A DNA stretch of 56,120 nt from Catajapyx aquilonaris. Taxonomy: Eukaryota. The DNA lies in assembly GCA_000934665.2 (NCBI GenBank), contig JYFJ02002480.1:1-56120 (forward strand), written 5' to 3'. Shown here piece after piece: positions 39,716 to 51,500 of this stretch. Below the pieces are notes generated by a model. It saw only the letters and a list, made by a program, of their open reading frames with translations. It did no database searches and was not told where the DNA came from. The position numbers were made by a program, and so were the translations under genes. The first letter of the stretch is position 1, and each line of letters begins with the position of its first letter.

Positions 39716-40171
39716 TGAAGACCACAATTCAATAAGGGCCCAATTGTGAAAATAGAAAATGTCCAGGAAGCGAAAAAAAACCTTTTACTACTTGTTCACA
39801 ATTGGGACTTTCTTGCATTGTATCGTTCCTTTGGCTTAAATATGGAGAAAAAAACCGTCTCAGGATAAAATGAATGAATGATTATGATATTCAGGAGACA
39901 TAGTATTCGCTTCAGAGTAATAATTACACATTATAATTATTTAATTAAATTTAATATTTTTTGGTCTCCCATGCCACCTAGGTCTACCTTATAAAGTAGC
40001 GGCCATTTTTGACCACTTCCCAAGGGAGTATATCAAAGATTTTTTGGTGACATATAGACCCACAAGTCTACTTTATTTTCCACTAGGTTTAGCACTGCTC
40101 CCCAGAGGGGAACGTTCTAATCGTAAAGTAACGCGCATCTCCTTTAGAAGTAGCGCTTAGACGAAAATCAC

Positions 40172-40225
40172 GTAGTAGTAGTAGTAGTAATAGTAGTAGT
40201 AGGAGTAGTAGTAGTAGTAGTAGTA
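40172..40225. repeat. (GTA)n microsatellite
   Basis: Seen directly; produces the poly-Tyr artefact ORF 40157..40462. Confidence 0.9.
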
Positions 40226-40810
40226 GCAGCAGTTCATTATTCCGTCAAAAATGTCAAACACATGGAAGTAAACGGGATTCGGTCGGGAGGTGACACACCT
40301 GACACACACGACGGATTTTCCGTCGTTCCGTCGAGCACCAGCCGAAGACACGACGGAAAAAATCGGTCGCCGATTCGGTCGGGGACAATAATCCCATTGC
40401 AATACATTGATTCCGCCGGGGAAAGGCCACACTACCGACGGAAAAAGGGGCTTTTCTGGCATAGGGGAATTGGTAGCGGAAAGGGCAGCAAGGTGGCAAA
40501 ACTGACAGATGTTCTGAAACTGTGCAAGTACCTCAAATCAGCTGAAGCTGACCGATTGATCAGGTCGTTGAAGTCTGTTGACGGTGACAATGACTCAGAT
40601 CCTGATTAGTAAATCAGTGTGTCCGTATATTGTAACTGTAAGGATTTTGATGTAGCCTATATGATGTATTTTTTGATGCCTGTGGGAATGAATGTTGCAC
40701 CAATAATAAAAAATAATAATTCATACCCCGTTATCAGCCGGCGGCTCTTTAGGGGGGGAATTTTTGTTTTGACTGGAACGCTTTGCTTTCATTTTATTTG
40801 CTTTTTGGGA

Positions 40811-40991
40811 TAGGATAGGGACGGAAGGAAGCGGTTGTGGCCTGTTTTTACGGAAACGACCCCGGAATTATCCTGGGAGGTCCGTGGAAAACCACAGAAA
40901 ACCACAGTCAGGGTCGCCGGCCCCAGGATTCGAATCCAGGACCTCCCGATTAGCAGGCGGACTCCATATCCACTACACCAACCTGCTTCGG
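40811..40991 (-). mobile_element. tRNA-derived SINE, copy 1 of a two-copy family
   Basis: Minus-strand head ccgaagcaggtTGGTGTAGTGG...GGATTCGAATCC (A/B boxes). Clearly similar to 46583-46767. Confidence 0.75.
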
Positions 40992-42507
40992 TCGAATCAA
41001 CGTTGCATCAATAAAGCAATACAGAATAAAATTGATTAGCGTGTATTTATCCATGATCCACAGCAGGAGGGTACAGTTACCTCGATAATATTGTTCATCA
41101 AGAATGAAAGCAACCTAACTCCACATGATATATCTTAATTTGGCGCCTATCCCATGAGGAGAAACCAGTCTGTCACTGGTGGAAGAAGTAGCTTATAACA
41201 TAGTCCTTGACCATGTGAAGCCACGTTTCACTTAGGTACACAGTACGACTTGCACACACACATTCGCATGATTTATATCTGCTGGGTTTCACTTGAGGAT
41301 GAATGTTTCATACCCCAGATCTTTCGATACACTTTATACCAGAGGTTTTAGCATGGCTATGTGGCCAATTAATTTAATGAAGTCTCAAGATTTGATCTCC
41401 AGAGAGCAGTCCCACTAATTCCCGCATGCATCGATGTAATTGCAAGTTGCACCTTGCATTACTTGCGTGGTGCTACCCCCAGGAAGCTTTACCTCTTCTG
41501 AATCTACAGATACAACACCCTCAAATAAGGAAAGCTCAACGCGTCACCAAGCAATGGAGGGAGCAGAAATGGTAGAGAGCTAAAAACAGTATGTAAGAAT
41601 GTATAGGGAGAGAGAATTTTGGAGAGATCCTTTCAGCAGGTACTATGAAACTCCTGTCTGGTTTAAAACCTGGGAATAGATAATAATGCATAATATCGCA
41701 TTCTGATAACAGCATTTCCCCGAGTGCCAGACCTGCTGAAATTTCCTCCACTTTGGTACGGCATTGTATGAATAAGACATCAGTTGAATATCATATTTTT
41801 AATACTGACATACATAATGCTACAACATGCTATTTAACAATACACAACAACTAAATATTTGGTTAAGGTACACTGGGTTCGTACACGTTTCTTTTTCTTA
41901 AGACATGATACGGAGAATGAGTTAAAAACCCTTCTGAAAACCATCTTCCAAATTGTATCAATGTGCTTAAAGTTGTGGAAAAACTGCGAGATTCTTCCAT
42001 AAAATGGTACTAGAGGACCTCTTCTGCTGGAAAAATTGCCTGAGAGATTCAGTTAAAACGAAACAATTTTTTAACACTTGCAAAAGAGGCTTTTTCATCT
42101 GGAATGGTCACATTCGTACTATCAAAACATTTTGCTAGAATTCTAAAAAAATAGGCACTGCCTTTAATACTGTACACATCTACAGTAAGACCTACCCAAC
42201 GAAATGCCACATTGAGGAACACTTATACACATGGGTACAACTAAAACTGTCTTTAAAAAATTAAAATTACATCTACTACACTAGCTGTGGTAGGAGTTTA
42301 CTCATTTTACTGACTTTGTATTGTCAACAAGTGCACAAAATTGTGGACTAGCTTTTTGAAACTGGAATGGCCTCTAAATGAGGATGGCTTCAGAAACCAA
42401 ATAACAGGCACTTTATCACTGGGCTGTGCTGCTGCCTACATTTAAGACACATCTTTAAAACTTTAAAAGTCTAACACTCTGAAGCCAACCATTGTTTTTG
42501 AGCTGGA

Positions 42508-45500
42508 TCACACTGTTGTCTCAGGATCATCCTTCCCATTATTTATGACAACTGCGACTTCACCTGTGCTGCGCACTGGTGTTGCCTCTCGGGAGCTGTC
42601 AACTGCTTCTTGTCGCATCAGTGGCGCTGCTTCTGGTGACCTAGAACTCCCTTCTGATTCTTTGGTGCAGGTAGGGGACAGTGGTGTTGTGTACACACTG
42701 CCGGTGCCTGTTGGGGGCTTGACAGGACTTGAAGATACAGACACCAATGGTGTTTCATCACCATCATCATTGCTGTCATCACTACCTCCCACATCAACTT
42801 TGGATTCACTGGATGTCACAGCTGTGATCAACTGCTGCTTGATCCGATGCAGTTTCTCAAAACTGGCACCAATATCTAAGCTGCGGAGTAAGGACTTGCG
42901 GGCCTGGCCTGGGGAGGTGGCTCCTGGGGTATGATCCTCACACAGAGAGATAGATCTGGTTTTTGGATCGAGTAGTGGGGTTGGGGAAGAAGGCAGTGAG
43001 ACATTCCCTGCACTCCCCTCCTCTGCCACATGGAGGGAACTGGGTCGTCTAGGTGAGCGTGACCTGTCCCTGACTCGGGATGACTGGTGCACTCTGGCAC
43101 GGTCTCGTCTAATGCTGTCAAGTTTCAGGGAACCCGAATGGGTCAAGCGTTGCTCTACTGGTTCTGCAGGAGGTACAGAAGGAGCAGTCTGAGATCCTGG
43201 CTGGCTTCGAACAGTTGATTCATGCATCGGGGAGGTGTGGAGGTAGACTACGCCTAGCTCTCCATCCATTGCATCTCGGCTGCGGATCTCAATCACTGGG
43301 CTGTCTGAATCCAGTTCCTCTGCAAGATCAGCATCATTAGTCACACTAATCAAGGAAAATCTTTACTTTGATCAAGAATACTTCCACCCACAATAAGTCA
43401 GCACAGGGCAAGTGCATATTTCTTTCTTTATAGGCCTACTATTGAATAAATATTTTTGGTAAGGACTACCTGGGTCAGACTGAATAGGGCTGAGTGTAGA
43501 TATAGATGACCCTGCTGCATCTGCTCCATCCTCTTCATTGCTATCCTTCTTTCGAGTGTCCTCAAAGGCCTCCTCATTCAGGGTCTGGAGGGCACCAATT
43601 ATCATTTGCTCTTCAAGTGTAACCTACAACAATAGGTGGTAAGGAGTTCACGAAGAAAACTAGTAGATAAGATTCACCAATGATGATAACGTGGAAATAA
43701 TGTTAACATGCATTGAGTCCCAATTTTATTTCCTCAAAGTGCTACACTTCACCATAATTTAATTTGTCAACAGTGCATTAAATGCTGGGCATACTGATTA
43801 CAAAAATAAGCATCTGGGCACAAACTTTGTGCATTTACGTACAAGTTCATGAATGAACAAGTGTACATTGCATTATGCAATATTAGGAGTATTGGCCACA
43901 GGATATTAATGTATAGTAGTGTACGAGAATGGAGGTATAATGCTTTAATCCTCTGGATACCACACACCCAGTTGCCATATTTCTTCCATCAACAGCAATT
44001 TATCCAGCAGCACACTTTCCTTACGGTGTGGTATCAGGAAGATTAAGCATTACCATACTGAAGTATCCTTTTAATTAGCACAGCCCTTCTATTTTGATTT
44101 TAATCTGCTCCACAACGTAAAAGCTATTAGAATTCAATTTTGTCCTCTATGCTTCTATTGGCATGAGTTGGCCCCAACCGGAAATTTGCCTCGATGCTCA
44201 AACCCAATTCACTGCCCATGGTGGAATGTTTAGTTGGTCCTATAAAAACAATGTGTTTTTGGAGTGCACTAGTGTATATAAACAAATGGCAAGATATCTT
44301 ACCTGCTTTTCCAGCACATTTTGCCTCGAAGCTCTTCTGCTGGGTCCATCTGGATGAGCTGACTTTTCCCGAATGGACTTTGCTCTCACTGCAACAAAAA
44401 TGCTGTGAAGTAGGTGATTGGGAAAATTTATCAAGTCCTCAAACCTTTTGGCTCAGCATCAACCCTCTTGCTCTCTGTGCCGCTGCCTGCATGCTCCGAT
44501 GCACTGGGTGTTGCAAATCGCACATTCTTGACGCAAACCTCTTCTGAGCCAGACAAGTATGCTATTTCCTGATCCCTCAGGGTCATCACCAAAAGTTTGA
44601 ATAGCTCCCAGTCACCAAAGTTCATCTGCAACACCTGCATAGCAACACATCAAAATTAACATCTATCTGACAAGGGAAGGTCACGGGGATCTTGATGAAA
44701 TTGGACATGCTAATACAGGACAATATATGATGCCCAAAAATGAAATATTTCGTGCGGAACCCCATATTTGCAAAAGTTATGACGTCTTAAAGTTCCAAAA
44801 ATAATAAATTTTCATACTCCATGGGATTACATTAGCGACCACATATAATGACATTGAAGTGTGTAATCAGTTTCTAGACCTTTTCTCGTCGGAAAAAAGT
44901 CCTACAGAACTGCTCTGGCCGTCCGTCCGTCCGTTTGTGGACAGGTATAAAGGCCTAAACCGTAAGAGATAGCGACAAACGGTTTACATATTCGGATTGA
45001 GAGTGACCAAAATAGGTTTCATGGTCAACTTCTGGTGACCCGCCACTTCTGGTCTTCCGGGTTCACTCTATCTGCACAAGTCTACTAGTTACAGGCGGGT
45101 TATCGTTGGATTTCAAAGTTAGTTTCCGTGTATTCCTGACCGTGTTTTTCGGGGATTTACTCCGGGTTTTACCTCACGTGAGCGTGAGTCGATGAGACCT
45201 TTTCTCATTCTTTCAGGGAGCATGTGAATCGACATATCGTAACCTAGGCAACATATCGATTCCAGTATCGGCTTGGGCGATAACATCATGGCGGCCGATG
45301 ACGCTCATTGCAAACATGTCCAACGTCAGGAATAAATTCCACTGCCCCTGTGCCAGAGAGTCAGGTAAAACCCGGAGTAAATCCCCGAAAAACACGGTCA
45401 GGAATACACGGAAACTAACTTTGAAATCCAACGATAACCCGCCGGTATTAAACTAGTAGACTTGTGCGGATAGAGTGAACCCGGAAGACCGGAAGTGGCG

Positions 45501-48500
45501 GGTCACCAGAAGTTGACCATGAAACCTATTTTGGTCACTCTCAATCCGAATATGTAAACCGTTTGTCGCTATCTCTTACGGTTTAGGCCTTTATACCTGT
45601 CCACAAACGGACGGACGAACGGCCAGAGCAGTTCTGTAGGACTTTTTTCCGACGAGAAAAGGTCTAGAAACTGATTACACACTTCAATGTCATTATATGT
45701 GGTCGCTAATGTAATCCCATGGAGTATGAAAATTTATTATTTTTGGAACTTTAAGACGTCATAACTTTTGCAAATATGGGGTTCCGCACGAAATATTTCA
45801 TTTTTGGGCATCATATATTGTCCTGTATTAGCATGTCCAATTTCATCAAGATCCGTCATTATCACCCTGTGACCTTCCCTTGTGAGATGTGAAATAGTTC
45901 TAGTGGAATAAAATATTTCTAGAGTGACAACTGGTAATGCAATGTTTTGATCAAAGTACTGATGATAATACACTCAGAATAATATCAGAAAAGCATCTCT
46001 AGTTTCACAATCTAAAATTAATATTGACAGTTTTATTCATCTCTTTTTCTGTGGAACACTAAATAGCCATACACAGTATTAATGCAAAAAAATAAAATTA
46101 TTTAAAAATGTATCAATTTCCTTAGCCTCTACTGTATTAACATAACCAACAAAGTGACATTTCCAACCTTTTTGAGCTCATCTAGTTCACAATAGAGCAG
46201 CACTCTTCCACTGACATTGTTTTCTCTAAGAGCAGAACAGTACTTCTCCACCATCACTGGGTTGATCCCTTCTAGTCGGGTGATCACGTCGCATATGCCC
46301 TCCACACTCAGCATGGCCAGGCGCTTCTCCAGCACATCCGGCTGTGAATATGCAGATGTCAATTTATTATGTGAGTCAAGAAAGAATATGGTTTGAGATT
46401 TACTTGTAAGAACTGACTGATGAAATTAGGACCTACTGTTATCAAATGTGACAAATATACAAGTTATTTTTAAAAATTTTATATCACCCCATTGAGAGAA
46501 TCAGCGCTCCATTAGGGGAGTGGAATAACACCATTTTACGACTCAATTTTTCTGAAATTTTCTTCACACATGGATGGGGCCAAGGATAGGGAAGGAAGGA
46601 AGCGGCTGTGGCCTATTGTAGGCCTACAGAAGCGACCCCGGAATTATCCCGGGGGGACGATTGAAAAACCACAGAAAACCATGGTCAGGGTCGCCAGCCC
46701 CGGAAATCGAAACCAGGACCTCCCGATTAGCAGTCGGACTCCTTAACCACTACACCAACCTGCTTCGTTTACAAATAGACAAGTTAATGCATTGCTAAAT
46801 CTAATTCCACAAGATTGCACAATGGTGCACTTTTCTACATGCTACTCACTGCTTCATTGCCACAAGTTCCATTTATGAAAATTTGGCATCACTTACAGAA
46901 AGCATGAGAGAAGTGGTTCCCGCTCCAAATCTCCCTCTTCTGAGTGGTGCCATGACAGTCTCTTCATATGGGGATACCCCACCGGCATAAGCTGGCGGCC
47001 ACATAACCACTGAGGGACCTGCTGGATACAGGACACCTCCAGCACCAGTAGGTGAGAAGAGGGCGTTAGCTACTGGCTGCTTCATGACAGACGTCTGTGG
47101 ATGGTGGGGGTGGTGCGGAGACTTGTTGAGCACCTGCCTACGGATCAGGTTGGCCTTCTGCTCCCACATGGCTGTGGCTGCACCCGGAGAGGTTGTGGAG
47201 CCACCCCATCCATGTGGGTGGTGGGCAGGAGGGATGGAGATTGAGGTGGGAGCCGTCATCACTATGCCCATCTCCTCCATGTTTTGCTGCTCCTCTGGAA
47301 TGGTCACAAAAAAGAAGAGCTCAAATAGTATTGCAGGTTGCTGGCATAAATGCAAGAGAACCTACCTTTGATAGTTTTGCGAATGTAAGGATCCAAGTTA
47401 ATAGTGAAAGGAAGGAAGATCTTAAGGTCAGCAACCAGCAGTGTGCTCTTGTGGAAGCTGAGGAGGATGTCAAATTTGCGCTCATCCCTGTCCATTTCCA
47501 CTAATGGCTCAATCTCCTTCAGCACTGGGATTTGAGGGCGAATCCTGTCGAGTTAAATTAATAGCATGTTACAATCTAGAGTAAATATGAAAATGCATAA
47601 ATGGTCTTGCCAGTATTACACCACTGCCATTAATTTGTAGCGATATAACTAGGCTATCTGACACAAAACATTGGTTGCAAGGACACCTCTTTCAACTACC
47701 TCCCTGAAAATTTTCATTTGTCAATTTTCTAACTTACTTGTCGTACACTGCCTTGAGAGACATGGTGTCTTCCAGGCTATCCTCGTATGTCTCAAAGTAC
47801 AGAATGATCCAGCTGGTCCTGTACGGCCATTGCTCTGTGATGTTAACCCATGAAGCCAGCCGGTACCAGTTGAAGTCAATATGGAAGGCTTTGAGGAGGC
47901 GCCCAGTGATATAAAGCACATTCATGAGGCGCCTCATACTGCGTGGGTTTACATCACTGAAGTAATCGTCAGTCAGGAGCATCTTGGTGAGATCATGAGC
48001 CCCTCCTGCTCGGTTCAGGTTACTGCCCAAGCTGCTGGCCAGGCTCTCACTTATCTTCAGCTTCTTTCCTTTTTTACTCAAGAGGGATGGACGTTCACTT
48101 GCGCCAAAGTTGGATTCAACTGAAGAACGGCGTGGCGAAAGCTGAAATGACAATGATGCACTTTAATAACCTACTTTCCCAACAGAGACCCAACTCTTCG
48201 CTAGTACGATTTCCAATTTACCCCAGAAAGTGGGCCAGCAGTGATGTTGGTTACAGACTCCTCGGCATCAGTCCATGTAGTCATGCTTTTTCTAAAAGTC
48301 AGTGCTGTTTGTTGGGCTACCTTAGCCTTCCTGAGTCCTGAATTTTGCAGGTAGAAGGGGAGATGGACCATGTTGCGCAAGTAGTCATGGGCGCCAATGT
48401 TGGAGTCGGTGAACATTTTGTGGAGGTTCTGCTCAATTGCCTGACCAAAGTTACAGAGAAAAACTGGCATGGGTATCACACAAGTGAAAATTGGCTGCTA

Positions 48501-51500
48501 GAAACCAACCTGAATGCGGTTAGCCTGGCAGCATAAAAGGAAAAAAGTATGTGACAGTTTGCACTTAGAAATGCTTTATGAAAATCTTTTTAACCTTGCA
48601 AAATAAATCACATTCATAATTTCAAGAACCAGTTTTAGTTTTAGAGTATTAAATATTGCTCATTTGATAAATAATAGTCCAAATAGTAACTAGAAAATTC
48701 TGAGCAGTGATGGCCTACTTTTGCAATCTTGTGTGGATCAATATTCCAGACGATAATGAAGGGCGCCTTTGGGTCTGAGAAGAGGTTGTGCACAGCATCA
48801 AGCACATGCAGCACCTTGTCCTGCTCGCAGCTGTCCAGGCCATCCACAATGACCACTAGGCGAGTCTGCTGCTGGGCAAAGGCGTCCAAGCACTTTACCA
48901 TGTCAATCATAAGGTTGACCTCACCCTTGAGAGACTGCAAGTAGCCCTCTGCTTTGACTGTGTCCAGTTTTGACATGGCACGCTGCAAATGGCGGCGGTG
49001 GGAGAACAGGAGGGACTGGACTACCTGACCCAAGGTGTACAGATTTGCAATCACAACCACTCCTACTATAAGCATTGTGCTTATGAGGATTGCCTGCAAG
49101 CTCATAAGGTCTATGGAGAACCTGCCAAAATAAAAAATAATTTAATAAATTCAATAATCGAAAGTTATTGATTCAACAAAATATCAAAAAAACTTCAAGT
49201 CATTTTGCAACATGGGGTGGTCCATAACTCCCAGATTTGCTTCTGATAGGAGATTCATTGACCATTTCTATGACTGAAATGCTATACAGTATGCACATTC
49301 TTTGTTCTTACAGATCTAGAAATTGCTCTACTTGAAGCAATTCAGGGAATTATTATTACACAATGAAATTGTACGAGAAGGGCTTACTCTTGGTTATCCC
49401 TGTTGAAGTAGATTGTGAGCATGGCTATACCCATTAGGAGGCACAGGAAACAGAAGATAAATATCACAAAGTAGGGTAGGCAGCACAAACGACGCCACTT
49501 CCAGGATGAAGTTGACTTGACTAAGACAGACATGTTCCCAGTTTGAAATTGGCCCAATTATTAACTTCAATTACCTCCTTACCTGGTTTTGGTCTGAATG
49601 CACGATAAAGTCTGGTAACCATCATTCCGTAGTCATTTTCAATTGCATCGTACAAAGAGCCAATCATCTGTACCACTGCATTTTCACATCCAGCCGCATT
49701 GTTCACCTTGGTTTGGTCCGTAAAGTAGAAGCTGCCAGAGAATTCCCAATAGTTGTTTGAACCTCCATTGCTACAGGCAAGTATTTGTTTTGTAAAAGTA
49801 AACTGACCTGATTGGCTGTGCCTGCATCTCATCTCCCCACTTGGCCCCAGGTGGGTGGCAGAACATCACTTGAAGCAGAAGGCGCATGCCCTTCAGTTGT
49901 CTCGCAAGATAAATGCCCACGCTGTACGTCCAATACCAGTCATATCTGAAAAAGAAGTGCAAAATTTGTCTTGTGTGGCCCGTACTATCCAATTAGGTTA
50001 TTTAACAGATCAAACAAATAAAATAATATTGATCAATGCAGACATAAATATTGCATAATATTCCTTCCTCTTACCTTCTGCTCCCATACCATATGACAAA
50101 GAGGAAGAAGTAGATGACAATCACAGTGCCAACTCCAATGGCCACCCCTACAATGGATGACTGGAAGGCCAGACCCAGAATCACTCCCAGAATGAGGGCA
50201 AAGTGAAGCACCACGGTCAGTAGAAGCAGGGAAAAGCGGAAGGAGGGATCCACCCATCGCCGTGCAAAGCTTTTCATCTCATCTGGAAAGAATTGGCATT
50301 TAGTTCCAAAGGAGTGCTGCACTTTAACACTGATTCTCAAATGACCATATTTTGAAAACCACTGCTTTAGAGAAACATTCTTACCTCTGAGCTTGCTAAG
50401 AAGAAAGGACTTTCCGCTGCCCCATTTGGCATAGAGCCCAACTGTGATGGGCATGGACAAGGAGGGTTCACTAAGTATGTCTGCCAGAGCACTGCTGTAC
50501 AGGTCATATCCCAACATGTTCTCATTGTCTTCATTTGTGTTGAGCCGCCGAGCACCAAATATCTGGCCTAAAATGGGCTTCTGATAGCTGATATCAATGT
50601 TATAAGGAGTCTCTCCAGCCCGGTTTGGACGGTATAGCAGCTGGCTGTTCTTTGGGTTGCGCAGAAGTACCTCCACTATGCCCTGTCCATACAAGATTCC
50701 TTGTTAAAACATTGTACAGTTTTGTTGCTGGCAGATGGTGGAATGCAAAGCAGTGAAAAAAACTGTTCATAGTAACCCATCGCAACTGCAGTAATTAAAT
50801 ATAGTATCAACTGTAATTAACATCTTTCCTTCCTATGCACTGCAGAGATCTAATCAAGACTTATCAAGATCAGTTGCATGACAGGTTCAAGCAGAACTAT
50901 TAACATGGTCCACTCTTTTCATATATGTAAGGCAGTGTGGACCCACCTTGACCACATGTGATAATTTTGAGGTCACTTGTGTCACATGCAAGGCATCACC
51001 ATGAATTTGTGAAAGTCATATTCCCCAAATAATTCGCTTTTCTTTGGGTTTGGGTTTGATAGGAGGTGAGACTATTAAGCTACAGCAATGGGTCAGTGTT
51101 GCCTTTTAAACTAAAATGCTGTATACTGTGGCATCATATTTTACCTTGGATCTGGCCCTCATGGCTATGTGCAGTGCAGTGTCTCCATTCTTGTCAGTGG
51201 CAGTCACTTTAGCCTTCTTGTCCAAAAGCAATTGCACCACTTCCACATTGCGGGTCCTCACAGCTCTCATCAAAGGTGTATCCCCATCTTTAGTGGCCAG
51301 CTCCACATCCGGATTGGAACTTAGGAGCTGCTTGACGGTGCCTACATTGCCCTTCTCCACTGACCAGTACAGGGCAGTCTTCTTGTCCTTGCCCTGCACA
51401 TCCAAATCTGCATATTTCTTCAGTAGTGCTTCTACCACTGCCCTGTGGCCTGCCTTGGCGGCATGGATCAGGTTGGTGTCCCCACCTCTGTCCTGCAGGT

